Shown one piece after another: positions 1-12,822 of a stretch of 36,981 nucleotides of DNA; the stretch's first letter is position 1, and every line of letters starts with the position of its first letter. Under the pieces are notes generated by a model. The model worked only from the letters and a program-made list of their open reading frames with translations. It made no database searches and was not told the origin of the DNA. The translations under genes were made by a program, and so were the position numbers. This stretch comes from Octopus bimaculoides (lineage: Eukaryota), in NCBI RefSeq assembly GCF_001194135.2, contig NC_068994.1, positions 5,506,140 through 5,543,120 of the forward strand, in the 5' to 3' direction.

Positions 1-313
1 TACATATATTCATAGGTATACCAGTACACCTATACACATAAATATACAAAAATACACGTATGCATTCATATATATACGCATGAAGATTCATACCTACATA
101 TTATATACACCTCTGCACGTATACATATCAACCCATACTCACACACAGCCATATGCACATACGCACTCATATACATGCACATGCATATAAACGAATATAG
201 ACATATACACACACATATGCATGCATTTATATATATATATATACACACACAGATATATATACGTACATATATACATATACACACATATACATACATACAA
301 ATATACATATATA
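1..313. repeat. Compound (TA)/(CA) low-complexity tract
   Basis: Direct inspection. Confidence 0.9.
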
Positions 314-718
314 CATGCATAAAATCAAAATAAGCAACATGGATTTTAAAGATGGCTGCAGTACGCACGTTTCATGCTAATCAATTTATTTAAGTAATGC
401 GAGCATTACATTAAATGCAATATGTAGAGCAATCTTCAGCTGCACAAAAATGTAGAAAATTACAATAGAATAGACATATTATAATTGTGGCAACATTTAA
501 AATTCAAGTGGGAAGAAGAATACATAAAAATCCATCTTGACATAGCCAAGCCTATCAGGCTAGTGAATGGTTTTAGAATGGTTTTTGGAATGGTTTTTGG
601 ATAATACCATACTATATTCTGGTGCCTAAACATAAGTACCATATTCAATTTTGAATCTAAATCTAAATCTATATACATGCATATATATATATATGTTTAT
701 ATATATATATATATATAT

Positions 719-1443
719 NNNNNNNNNNNNNNNNNNNNNNNNNNNNNNNNNNNNNNNNNNNNNNNNNNNNNNNNNNNNNNNNNNNNNNNNNNNNNNNNNN
801 NNNNNNNNNNNNNNNNNNNNNNNNNNNNNNNNNNNNNNNNNNNNNNNNNNNNNNNNNNNNNNNNNNNNNNNNNNNNNNNNNNNNNNNNNNNNNNNNNNNN
901 NNNNNNNNNNNNNNNNNNNNNNNNNNNNNNNNNNNNNNNNNNNNNNNNNNNNNNNNNNNNNNNNNNNNNNNNNNNNNNNNNNNNNNNNNNNNNNNNNNNN
1001 NNNNNNNNNNNNNNNNNNNNNNNNNNNNNNNNNNNNNNNNNNNNNNNNNNNNNNNNNNNNNNNNNNNNNNNNNNNNNNNNNNNNNNNNNNNNNNNNNNNN
1101 NNNNNNNNNNNNNNNNNNNNNNNNNNNNNNNNNNNNNNNNNNNNNNNNNNNNNNNNNNNNNNNNNNNNNNNNNNNNNNNNNNNNNNNNNNNNNNNNNNNN
1201 NNNNNNNNNNNNNNNNNNNNNNNNNNNNNNNNNNNNNNNNNNNNNNNNNNNNNNNNNNNNNNNNNNNNNNNNNNNNNNNNNNNNNNNNNNNNNNNNNNNN
1301 NNNNNNNNNNNNNNNNNNNNNNNNNNNNNNNNNNNNNNNNNNNNNNNNNNNNNNNNNNNNNNNNNNNNNNNNNNNNNNNNNNNNNNNNNNNNNNNNNNNN
1401 NNNNNNNNNNNNNNNNNNNNNNNNNNNNNNNNNNNNNNNNNNN
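719..1443. other. Assembly gap (N run)
   Basis: Ns following a TA-rich tract. Confidence 1.
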
Positions 1444-1659
1444 TATATAACGTACATGATGCATAGTGCATAGTTTTCTTATATAATTTTTGCAAGTAAT
1501 TTTATTCATTTATTTATGTAAATGTACATGTATATTTATTTCGTTGTGTGCTTTAAATTAAGCTTTGGAATTTGTGTTGATTCCCTAGATGTGTAGAGAG
1601 AATTAACTACTAAAAGAAATTGAAATGAAAATATGAGGGAGTGAAAGGAAACAGGAATT

Positions 1660-2190
1660 TAAGCAAGGTTATTTTACCTGTAATCATCAGTAGGGCTGTT
1701 TTGGCTGAATCGCAATAAATTCTCGGTAGACAATTCGTTTGCGAAATGAGATTCATAATTGGAGAACCAAAGAGTACTTCTGTCCTATTGTTGAAGAGTT
1801 GTTAATTCCTCGTTTTCACATATTTCTGTCCAAAGTTTAATATTGTTTTCCCAGCCTTGGGAGCTTTTGCAATTTCTGTTTGCATCTGTGCGCTAATTGT
1901 TTTAAATTTTTCTTCGTTGCAATTTGTTCTTAGCCGTATTAGCTGGGTTTCCATTCAAAATTTGTCGAGAGTTTTTGATGTTGTTCGAGTTCATTAGCGA
2001 TATGTTTTATTTGTAGTTTCTTTGGGTGGATGATTGGCTGAAACATTTTCATATATTTTCGCTTTGGCATTATCTTTAATGAAGTACCAAAAGGCAAATT
2101 TACCAGTTAAGTGTTTTCGATTGCTGAGGTTTCTTGTTGCATGCAGGTCAATGTTATCTTCATGTTCAGTTTTGGGATTTTGTGCCGGCT
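1660..2190 (-). mobile_element. Degenerate coding-like interspersed repeat, possibly Penelope-related; unclassified
   Basis: Long broken minus-strand reading segments (e.g. METQLIRLRTNCNEEKFKTISAQMQTEIAK) ending near a CTGATGA motif. No diagnostic domain motif recognised. Confidence 0.3.
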
Positions 2191-2809
2191 TCTAGAACAT
2201 CGCTATTTCTATATATATATGTGTATATTTATATGTATGTATTCTGGCATGTATATGTATATGCTTATCTATAGATGTATATATAAACTCGTCTAAATCT
2301 ACTTATAGTGTCACGAAATTCCACGTTATTCCACTCGGTTAATGACAGAAGGGCTAACAGAGTACCCAACATCTACTTGTGGCTACTTCATCACCTAAAT
2401 TAGGGAAATATATAATTTTCTAAAGAGTTACACTCGCAATCGAATGACAGTTATAGGTTTCGGTATACACACACACACACGTACACACACATACGCGCAC
2501 ACAACACATACATATTTGAACATACGCACATTTACATGCATGCACATATAATTATATGTTGCATACATATTGTCATGAGAAATGTATAGATACACTTAGA
2601 AACAAACTTGTACATCCGTTTATGAATACATTGTGATGGTATAGAGGGCCCTTAATAACTAGACATGTTCGTTCTTCCTCTTGGAGGGAGAGAAAAAACA
2701 TACTTATTGCAGCGTTTTTCTTTTTTCCGGATATGATTATTGAAAATTTTATAGTTAATCACAGACTTATCAGATTTAGTTACTCTTTTGGACATAGAAG
2801 TTGTGAGAA

Positions 2810-2882
2810 ATGTCTGCTGGGAATGTAATCATTTTGTGGTGTGGATTATTGTTGATACTTTCAACCAAACAGATTTCTACGT
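2810..2882 (+). CDS. Exon 1: start codon and signal-peptide-like sequence MSAGNVIILWCGLLLILSTKQIST
   Basis: ATG at 2810, hydrophobic core VIILWCGLLLIL, phase-1 donor T|GTATGT at 2883. Joins exon 2 in frame (t+cc=Ser). Too short for the ORF track. Confidence 0.7.
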
Positions 2883-3136
2883 GTATGTAATTATATTTCT
2901 TTTCTTTTCTTTCTTTCTAATTACTGTCTCCATATATGTTGATTACATGTTTTAGTGGTAATTAATGCATATCCTAATTATTTGATAATGTAGTTTTGAT
3001 GTTTTATGTTTTCTCTACGGAGCCTACCTCTCTCTCTCTTTCTCTCTCTTCCCCTCTCCCTCACTCTTCTTATATATATTCACAGATGTATACGCACGTA
3101 CATATATACATATTCATATAAATTAATATATGAATG

Positions 3137-3140
<4 letters not shown>

Positions 3141-3194
<54 letters not shown>
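3141..3194. repeat. (TA)n microsatellite
   Basis: Direct inspection. Confidence 0.97.
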
Positions 3195-3196
<2 letters not shown>

Positions 3197-3420
3197 AACA
3201 CACACACACATACGCACGCACACATATACACATGCACACACACACACATACAAACGGACATATACGCACATACATATTGTAGCAGACATATATCTGAGTT
3301 GAAGCAAATATTTCAGTCTATAGTTTCAAATCGATAAATACTTTTCAAGGAAATTAGTAGACACAACATATGCTGAAATCCCTCTTGTATACCTGTATGA
3401 GTAAGTACGTGTGTTAATGC

Positions 3421-3431
<11 letters not shown>

Positions 3432-3472
<41 letters not shown>
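3432..3472. repeat. (TG)n microsatellite
   Basis: Direct inspection. Confidence 0.97.
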
Positions 3473-3475
<3 letters not shown>

Positions 3476-3655
3476 CCCTTTAACATCAGGTGGAAATTAC
3501 TGGAAACTCGTAAACCCTATCGCAATGGAACAAGACCGTGTAAATTGTGTATGGCAGGAAGATGTATCATCCTCATGAACTCACATGAGCCAAGAAGTTA
3601 CCTGAACTCCAGGACACATTTTCGGAAATTTTTACTTCAAAATTGGAAAACCTAA
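3473..3655 (+). mobile_element. Penelope-like element 3' fragment (C-terminus of the GIY-YIG endonuclease region)
   Basis: FNIRWKLLETRKPYRNGTRPCKLCMAGRCIIL...YLNSR..RKFLLQNW resembles the PLE C-terminal WKIL..A.PY....K.C.LC..EK..LN.R..KF pattern. Begins right after a (TG)n tract. Confidence 0.7.
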
Positions 3656-4391
3656 CTACCAAGCGAAGGAAGACAACTCGCCCGACCATTATTTCTTAAA
3701 AGGAATATTTTTTTTAACTATCACCGGCGTTCTTGTGTTTAAAAAATTTTTTTGCAGAGAACGGTTATCATTTAGAAAAACTGAAGAATTGTCTAGTTCA
3801 CGCTAGATATGAAACCAATGGTTTTTTTCTAAACTATTACGTTACACATACAAATATATATACATGTGCATGTGTGTGTGTGTGTTTGTGTGTATATATA
3901 CTCACGCACGCAGACACAGATAGATAGATAGATGATAGACAGAGGGAGAAAGAGAGAAGGCGAGAGAGATAGGCATATATACATATACATATGAATAAAT
4001 CCGTTTTTGTGAGTGTGTGTGTATGTGTGTGTATGTGTGTGGGCGTGTGTATTTATTTGTGAAGTTGTTTGTAAGACTGTCACCGTTTTCACCGCCTCAC
4101 AAAAATGCGTTTTCTCTGTGCTTATGTCCCCTGACCTAGCGTTGCGATAAACGAATGCCGCTACAATAAGTACATGACTTAGAAAAAGTTTTTAAAATGA
4201 CCAACAATATACTGGAGTTTGGTATACATATTTATAAACCCCGTTACAGCGGTCTACCAGTATAGCTACAATTTAGTGAAAATGTACATACATTTGTCTT
4301 TGTATATATAACATAATATAATATATATGGATATGTATACACACACTCACATATGTATATATACTAGAATGAAAAACGTGAGCGAGAAATA

Positions 4392-4545
4392 AACAGAGCA
4401 ATAACAACATGTAACGAAAACATCTTTAAATGATTATTCCGGAGCATATTCATAATCTACTTCAATTACTGCTTCGCATTTGCTTGGCAGACGGTCAGAC
4501 CGTCATTTAAAGATGTTTTTGTTAAATATTGTTATTGATTCTGTT
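4392..4545. repeat. Imperfect inverted repeat with ~42-bp arms and ~69-nt spacer
   Basis: 4392-4433 AACAGAGCAATAACAACATGTAACGAAAACATCTTTAAATGA vs the reverse complement of 4503-4545, AACAGAATCAATAACAATATTTAACAAAAACATCTTTAAATGA. Confidence 0.8.
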
Positions 4546-5911
4546 GAAGAAAATTTGTTGAAGAAAAGCCGCAATGATTATGCACCAACCCAATAAGTAT
4601 TTAATAAACCTGGAAAAATACAGAATAAGTAAGCCTAAAAGAAAAGATCTTCAAAAATTGCAACTAAGATAAAATTTGAATGGGTTGCAAATTCAATAAA
4701 ATATTCAAAGCCAAGCCATTCAATACTGATCGACCATCTTTCAGTCAAGAAGTAGGTCAAAAATAAAAGAGCTTAAAGTGCTAGAACTAAATTTAAAATT
4801 CGATAAAAATAATCTGATGCTTTATCATAAATTCGCATTCATCAAATAATATATTGTTTTAAGATTTTTGAAATAGAGAATCGTGTTTGTTTATTTATTA
4901 TTAAGACAATTTTATAAAGATGATCTTTATTTTCTTTTATTATATTTAACTCCATGAAAGTAAAGTAAAATAATTTTGCCAAAAATATAACCAAGAAAAT
5001 ATTTAATTACTGATATAGGCTTAAATTTTACTATAATCTAACATTTAGATTAATTACCTACTTCCTTTACATTTGTAAAAAAATTTTAGTGAATAAAAAA
5101 TTTTAACTACTAATGTTACAAAATATTATGGCAGTTACCACTCTATTTTCATATATTAAAATAACTGAAATTTATTTGCAGTCAGGATTAGCAATAGGGT
5201 GAAAGATGATAGATCAACATTGTATGACTTGGCTTATTTGAATATTCTATTTAATTGGGAACCCATTCAAGTTCCATTTTAGCTGCAATATTTTAAGCTC
5301 TTTTCTTTTATTTTAAGGATTAGTTTTTGTTCTGTATTTTTCCAGGCTTATTAAATACTTAAGAATATTTCAATCCCTTGCTCACGTTTTTCATTCTAGT
5401 CCACTTTTTTGTTTTACAGGAGATGCTGAAAAATCAATAATTTTTGTTCTAATACGAACAGCCATATCAACAATCCAACATACCTCTATCATCAGCTGCT
5501 CCACAGATATCACTAAGTGTTGTTTGGGAACAAACATACCTTAGATATCACCACATCCACACAATCTTAGTTCTAGGAAACATTAAACACTAACATTATT
5601 AATTAAACTACAACAAAGAAACACATTTACCCTATGTACAAAAACAGTATCGGTAAATAAATTCAATAAGTAAACCTATAACTAACTCCTAAAATATCTA
5701 ACTAAATAGTGACCTAACCTTTGAAGTCATACAAATGATATTCCCACCAGTTTTGCATAGTTATTAATATAAAAGTGCAATTCTATTCTCTCCAAAACAA
5801 AACAAACTTGATTATACGTGTGTGTCTGTCTGTATATATGCACACACACATACATATATGTGTATTTATGTATTATATAAAGGTATGTATTTTGTGTTGA
5901 TGAGAAGAAAA

Positions 5912-6185
5912 AGGTGCAGCTGTCTTGTAAGAAGTTTGCTTCCCAACCATATGATTCCAGGTTTAGTTCCACCACGTGGCACATTTAGCAAGTGTCTCCT
6001 GCTATAGCCTCGGGCCAACCAATACCTTGTGAGTCGTTGTGGTCGGAAATTGATAGAAATATTATTGCGTCTGTGTTTCTTACAGACCACCGCTTGACAA
6101 CCGGTGTTATTATGTTTCCGTCCCCGTAACTTAGCCATTTAGTAAATGAGACCAATAGGATGAGCATCAGGCTTACAAAAAAATA
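5912..6185 (+). mobile_element. tRNA-derived SINE (family 1, my label)
   Basis: CGCTTGACAACCG (6091-6103) is the exact reverse complement of 14098-14110, and GGCTTACAAA also matches. tRNA-like head. Resembles octopus SINEs as I recall them. Confidence 0.7.
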
Positions 6186-6760
6186 CTCGTTTTGATTCTT
6201 TCTAGTGAAGTTTTTCAATGCGTTGCCCCTGCATGGATCCAATTTAGTGACTGAAATAAATAAGATACAATTTAAGAACATATAACGCCTTGTCAACTTC
6301 GTCATATCTGTTTTTGGAGGGAGCTGTTCTGAAGCAATATCGTTTCTATATAAGACCGAACATGTGGGGTTTTCATAGTTCAGGGAGACGTAATCTTGAT
6401 ATGTGTGATGGTAAATTTTTTCCCCCATCAACAGAGATAAATCTATTTGCTATTTTTCGGGGGAAAGATAAACCCCTTTGTGTACTGATGCATTAACACG
6501 TTTATAAACAGTTAAGGTGTTCAAAAACATTTCTATGCATATTAGGATATGTTGTATCCAAGCTTTTCTAGAAATACCCCGGTTTCTGTTCTCGCTGAAA
6601 AGTTTTCACTTGATTTTTATTTTCACTAACAAACATTTTGATTTATGGCATTTATATGGCTGAGATGGACATAAATATCATTTCTTTATATTCTACACGA
6701 TGTCTAAGTTATTCCACTGATGTCTACTTAAAAATAAAGTTCTATTTTTCTTTATTAAAG

Positions 6761-6847
6761 CCCAATGCAATATTACCATAGGAGATTGCGTCGCAGATGA
6801 TAAGAGAAATAACATTTCCTGCAACAGTACTTGTTTCAGAACACCTG
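6761..6847 (+). CDS. Exon 2: small Cys-rich segment (S)QCNITIGDCVADDKRNNISCNSTCFRTP
   Basis: Acceptor ttttctttattaaAG, donor G|GTAAGT, 87 nt, phase 1-1, no stop, 4 Cys. Confidence 0.75.
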
Positions 6848-8581
6848 GTAAGTTTAGTAGTATTATTGCTATTTAATATAACTAAATTGAATAACATGAT
6901 ACTGCTCTTACTCTCATATTCTGCATCCTGTCATAGTTTTACATTTCTTCGATAGAGTGCGGTTTTCTACTGTATTGTGAGTGCTATTATATGTAATTAT
7001 GTGTACGTGTACATGTACACATATGCCAGAAATACTGATTCCATTCTGTAAGTTACCATCACAGTAAAGAAGACAAAGAGGACCACGATGTGTATTTTAT
7101 AAGAAGACAGAGAATGACTTAGAACAAGAGAAAATATATATCAATTGATAACTATGATTAATCAATTTTAGACAGAAGACATTAGAAAATTTTTTTATCA
7201 AAGGCTACATACTTTTAAAAATATATATAACTAATAATATGAATTTTTTAAATAGAAAAATTCATTTCGAAATTTTTCAAAATACATAACTTTCGTTATA
7301 ATAAACTTAGAATGTAGATGATGCTAACATTGTTAACATGTTTTTTTGTTTACAGCGTTCATGTGATAAATTTTATATTATTATACCAAATACTAAACAT
7401 TATTCTTTTCTAATTTAGTTAACTTCGAAAAGTGATGGGAATATCACCTGTATCATCACACGCGGTGTCATTTATTTATAGTGAAGCTATGTCCTATAAT
7501 TTGTTACTTTTCTTTACACTAAATGAGAAGATACATTGCGGAATTGTTATTCTAACGAGTTATATCGATTAATCACCCGAAGAGATACATCTGCATGGTC
7601 GGATGCTCCTGACCCATTTGTGAAGTATCCCACCCATGAGGGATCGATGCTAGATGTGTCGAAACAATTGTATTGTATTTTCGAGTTCATAAAAGTTCAC
7701 AGTGGACCTCAGTTTTGAAGGTTGTGAAAGATTTATATTCCGCACAATAAAAGTTGACAAAGCTGTTAATCTGGAATAACCAATTTTAGACAAAGCTGTT
7801 AATCTGTAATAACCAGCTTTTAACAAAGCTTAAGAAAATATATACGTGTGTGTGTATTCTCCTCTATGAATGTTAAATCTTCAAATTATCCCAGTACTAC
7901 TAGGCATCTCTCACCGTTTTTCTTATGAGAAAATAAAGCAAATGGAAAGAACCTCTTAAATTTTTAAGAATTTCAATAATTCAGAAATATTAGCAAAAAA
8001 TGACAAACCTAAAAGTCTACAGTGATGAATGGCACCTCTCCTTTCGTTAGTTGACCAGATAAAATCATATAGCAATTCTCTGAGAGAAAAATATATGGGA
8101 TGGGTTAAGTAGAAACGGAATAGACATGGGTGTAAAGCCTTCGATCATAGATCAACTCAGTTAATGCTGAGTGACGGCTAAATAACAAGAGTATTAAAAA
8201 TGCGTCATTAAATGTGAGGAAGATATGTACATGAATATATTTTAAAACCTCAGAATCTGTAGTTCATAAACACTAATTATCAATTTTCTTTTATGTCATA
8301 GATAAAAAAATTTACGATAAATAATAAATTAATATTTAGGGTAGACAGAGGAGTATCGCGGAAGTAAACTGTTTGTGAACCGATTCTAAAAATTAGATTA
8401 ATTTATTCCTTGCCACTGAGATTGCTAATGCTCTTTAAATTGTATAAATCATAACGCTATATTCATCTAAAGCTTTTTATATAACTTAGATATAGTTTAA
8501 TATGAAGGAAATCAATATTATATATTAAGACAATAATTGAAAGAAATTTTGTAATATTGTTGATGTATTTTTTGTTTACAG

Positions 8582-8734
8582 AGAATTGTGTAAATTATAC
8601 TGGAGTTGACTTGTTTGGAAAAGAACAAAAATACCAATGTAACTGCAAACACCTTAGTGACTGTAAGTTCCAAATCCTTAGTAAATGTGAAAATGGATGC
8701 TTACCTGGATATGAAAAGCCATATTGTCAAAAAC
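8582..8734 (+). CDS. Exon 3: EGF-like repeat ENCVNYTGVDLFGKEQKYQCNCKHLSDCKFQILSKCENGCLPGYEKPYCQK
   Basis: Acceptor ttttttgtttacAG, donor C|GTAAGT, 153 nt, phase 1-1. FG..CxC..C..C...GC..GY....C pattern with 7 Cys. Confidence 0.9.
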
Positions 8735-10039
8735 GTAAGTTAAAAAATAGCAGGGTTGCTGAACATTACATTCTTATATATTCTGTTTAAATCACAATTT
8801 CATTAAAAGTTGGTTGTCTGATGATACTGATAAAAAGTACTATTGTTTAAAGCATGATTTTCATTCCCGACATTTTAATTGTTTGAATAATTTTAACCTA
8901 AACGTGCAAAGATATTAAGGTATTGATTAATATGAAAAACAAATAGTTTGCATTATAGATTCCTTTAATATAAGAAAGTTTCAAATATGCAGAACAGTGT
9001 TACATTAATAATCCTGTTTCCATAAAACAAAAGTTTAACTAAATCTTATAAAAGAAAAGATGTCATATTATTATTGGATACAAACAAATAACATTTAACA
9101 CATTTTTAAAACACACACACGCACGCCACATCACAAACACCCATACATATATATAACACACACGCGCACGCCACATTACATATACCCATATATGCATAAC
9201 ACACAAAAACACATATACGCAATTTCCACCCCTACTTCCCGCTAGACTCCGATTCCGAAAACCCCCATACATCATGAAACTTCCCCATTTCTCATCTATC
9301 TAAGATTTCATTATACTGTTGCTTTTCACACCCTTTATTTTATTCCATTACTTATCTTCTCCTCCTCCTCTTCACTCAATCTCTTGTAGTCCCTTCACTC
9401 CCTCCCCCCAAACTGCTAGGGTGTGCAGGCTGCTACTTCTAGGTTATATATCTTTGCTATCGCTATTGCGTAATACACCACAGACAAAATGGTTAGTTAC
9501 TTCAATATAATATACCATGCAAGTATATTAAGAGCGGTTAGGAAGTAATGGTGAAAAAGAACATGACTGGGACTAAAACAATTAAACAGATCAATCGAAT
9601 TTTAGGTCAACAATAGAGGTAGTAAATTAGATTATCCCTAGGTTAGGAGTTATTATAGAGGCTATTTAATGTCCTTGAAATATTTAAATGTGCCATTAGC
9701 CTTATGTATACAGGAAAGACGATGGTTTAGTTTAGTAGTTATTAGATTTTCACTATTTGATCTCTTCAAAATTTCAGACAGCTCCATGCAGCAAAGCCTG
9801 CACCCGTATCTGCTGTTACCAGTACCCTCATTTAAATTAATATTATTAATAACCATACTTTTTTCTAGGTGATTCATTGTTAATCATGGGTGATTTATTG
9901 AGGCCAATATTTCTGCCAGATTAGTAGAAGTCTGGGTGATAACAACATCGAGATTTCTCTTACTTAAATGGCCACATTACTATCACCATCTGCAAACCTA
10001 CTAGACTGGTCATTACTAATATATGACCCAGTGGCAGCA

Positions 10040-10375
10040 GGGTTTTCATATATTATTTCTTATTTATATCCTGCGTTAGAAAGAGCCGGATTGTAAAAAT
10101 GAAAGTATGAATTGAAAATGTCTTCATTCGCCGAAAGTTGCGTAATTCTGCGTGGAATACTTTTAGCTAGAGAATTAATAACGGAGATGGGACTGATTGG
10201 AGAATCTGCTAATATATTTAGTGATTTCATCTGGTTTTCTGTAGGGATAGTATAATCTGGATTTTAGGTTCAACGAGACGTCTACGCAGTTAACTGTTTT
10301 AATACCTAGTTCGAAAGTTAAGTCAAGGTTAAGGTTACGGTAGAATTTCCTAATTCTTAGTGAACTGACAATCAT
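10040..10375 (-). mobile_element. Penelope-like element RT/thumb fragment
   Basis: LDLTFELGIKTVNCVDVSLNLKSRLYYPYRKPDEITKYISRFSNQ followed by EDIFNSY..YNPALSNAGY resemble the PLE VNFLDVTLNL..Y.PYRKPN..YI...SNH motifs. Confidence 0.72.
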
Positions 10376-11482
10376 CCATCCTCTTTTATTTTCATTTCAT
10401 TATATATGTAGTGGTCTACGTAGCTAAATAATTGAATGATCTCCCTTGCAAGAACGGTTATTTAGTAAACTCCCTATTCTAAGTTTCTCGAAGCGTCCGT
10501 GCCGTGAGACGTGATTCTTAATTATTCAAGAAGCTTAACGTTTCTCTTGCAAGTTTCTAGAATGTCTAACGATCCATTAATAAAAACAGCTTGCTAACCC
10601 TGCCCTTTGCTTCTTAGTTGATTAGACTTAGAACCATTCATGTCATTGTTATGTCCGTCTATTTCTCTACGCCACATGACTTAGAACCACCACTTAGCTG
10701 TTATTTCTACATTTTCTATCTCTGAACTTTCTTGCATAGATAACTTCATTCAACTAGATTCTACATTTTGATTCTATGTATCATCATCGACCAGTAAACA
10801 GAATATATTTTTATGTGGTAAATATATGTCTTGAATTTAGTCTTCATCTCTTTATGAACTATTGTAATGACATACACGCAGCCACATGAACACCTTGTAC
10901 TGACTATATATTTCCACTACATGTGTGTGTGTGCGCGCGCGTGTGTGTGTATGTGTATGTGTGTGTGTACGTGTGTGTGTGTATGTGTGTGCGTGTGTGT
11001 GTGTATGTGTTGGTTAAGTAAATTTTTACAGTTATTTTAGAAACGGTCGTGAGAGTATTACTAATAATAATATCTAGGGGTAATCTGGTTTATTTTCCGC
11101 TATGAAATTAAAGATCTGAATAAGAATTTCTCATGTTTTTATAAACTTATTACACGTTTACTTTTTCCTTTTATATATTTATATATATATTCTTTTTACA
11201 CTTTTGCTTTTTAAGTCGTTTTCTTTTTATAAAATGTTATTCCATTGCCTTCCGCTATTTTCGAACATCCCATAGTGATTTATAGGAAACAAAGATCTTG
11301 AATCTATGGTCCCTGCTTGTTTCTAGATGTTTGCTCAGCGGAACTTACGTAATTCATTTTATCTGATGTGTTGAATGTGGATGCTTGCATGTTAGCAAAA
11401 ATAATTGTCGGTTTCGTCATTGTTAGATCTCATTACTGTTTCTAAAGTAACTGGAAATATTTTCTTAGATAAATAACTCAGA

Positions 11483-11485
11483 ACA

Positions 11486-11554
<69 letters not shown>
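11483..11554. repeat. (AC)n microsatellite
   Basis: Direct inspection. Confidence 0.97.
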
Positions 11555-11557
<3 letters not shown>

Positions 11558-12055
11558 TTCACTTTATCTCTGTCTCCCACGCGCATGTTTAAAAATACAC
11601 ACACATAAGTGCACACTCACGCACGCATGCACTCACACACGCACGCACTCGCACATCTAGTTTACATAAATATATTTAATCAGAGTATTATTATATCTCA
11701 CAATTTCACGACATAGGTGTTTAGTTATAACGTATTAATGAGTGCATATTTGTACTTTACTTCATATTGTATTTACATTGAATTATGCATGTCCATTCTA
11801 GTAAATGTTCCAGTACTTAGATAGGTGCATCTTTATTAAATAAAAGGAAGTTTTTACAATATTATTAAACTATTAGGGAAAAATACACAGATTCTTAACC
11901 TTAATATATGTTATAATTTAAATGTAAATATAACTTTTGTTAGCTAAAATGTACCAAAACTTATCTGAATACTTGCTTGAGTTTGTCAGTATTTGCTATT
12001 ATTAATCGAGTTGTTAGTTTAATAATTTTAAATTATTTTTGTATATTATATGCAG

Positions 12056-12208
12056 GTATGTACCATAACTTCATAAAGAAAGACACAAATCAGAGTTATC
12101 ATCAACTATTTATATCTAAAAACAAAGAGGCAGTGATGTCCCCAATAGAACTAAAATTTAGAAACAAATACAGAATTAATACAATAAAAATTTGTAGCAA
12201 TCTTTCTG
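12056..12208 (+). CDS. Exon 4: first half of a degenerate F-type-lectin-like domain (R)MYHNFIKKDTNQSYHQLFISKNKEAVMSPIELKFRNKYRINTIKICSNLS
   Basis: Acceptor ttatatgcAG, donor G|GTAAGA, 153 nt, phase 1-1, open frame. KKDTNQS resembles GKQTNQSS of exon 7. Confidence 0.72.
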
Positions 12209-12624
12209 GTAAGAAACATTTCAAATTGTATTTCATATTTGTATTTCTCGTAACTGATGTTAAATTAAGATTTATTGTCGTTGTGCAAATGATTGTAGTG
12301 CTTATATTTCTAATGATACTGAAATTGAAATTAATTTGTTTTTAATATACAATTTTTATGTATTATTAATGTTATGAAAATATTTTCATTTATTCGGAAA
12401 ATACTAAGATATTGGTTCAAGTTCAGTAAGTATGCTTATTAACGTATATTAGAACATTTGTAATGATCATTCCAAATTAATAAATCTCTGAAAATATTGG
12501 CAACGTGTAATATATGCAGACTATTAAAACTTAGGTCAAACCAAACTGAAATTAATTAGTGCAAGATGTGAAATGAGTGATAAGTGATCACAAAAATCTG
12601 CGAAATAATGTGAATATTCCTTTT

Positions 12625-12822
12625 CCTATCGGCACAAAGCTTCCAATTTTGGGGAATTGAGGCTAGTCGATTACATCAATCTGATTGTTCGAATGGTACT
12701 TTTTTATTGGTTCCAAAAGAAAGAAAGGCAAAGACGTTCTTCAGAGGATTTGAGCTGAGAACGTCAAGAGCTCGAAGAAATACCAAAAAGCATTTTGTCC
12801 GTCATGCTAATGATTCTGCCAA
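12625..12822 (-). mobile_element. SINE family 2
   Basis: AGTCGATTACATC (12665-12677) is the exact reverse complement of 28324-28336. Ends in GATTCTGCCA (A box reversed). Confidence 0.68.

Noticed and set aside
66-1509. Long ORFs in the track at the window start
   Set aside because: They are translations of TA/CA repeats or N runs, not genes.
5985-6431. 148-aa minus-strand ORF
   Set aside because: It overlaps a SINE, has no recognisable domain and no splice support.
7756-7830. 33-nt tandem duplication (a 21-nt one also occurs at 36143-36186)
   Set aside because: Ordinary slippage duplications in intron sequence.
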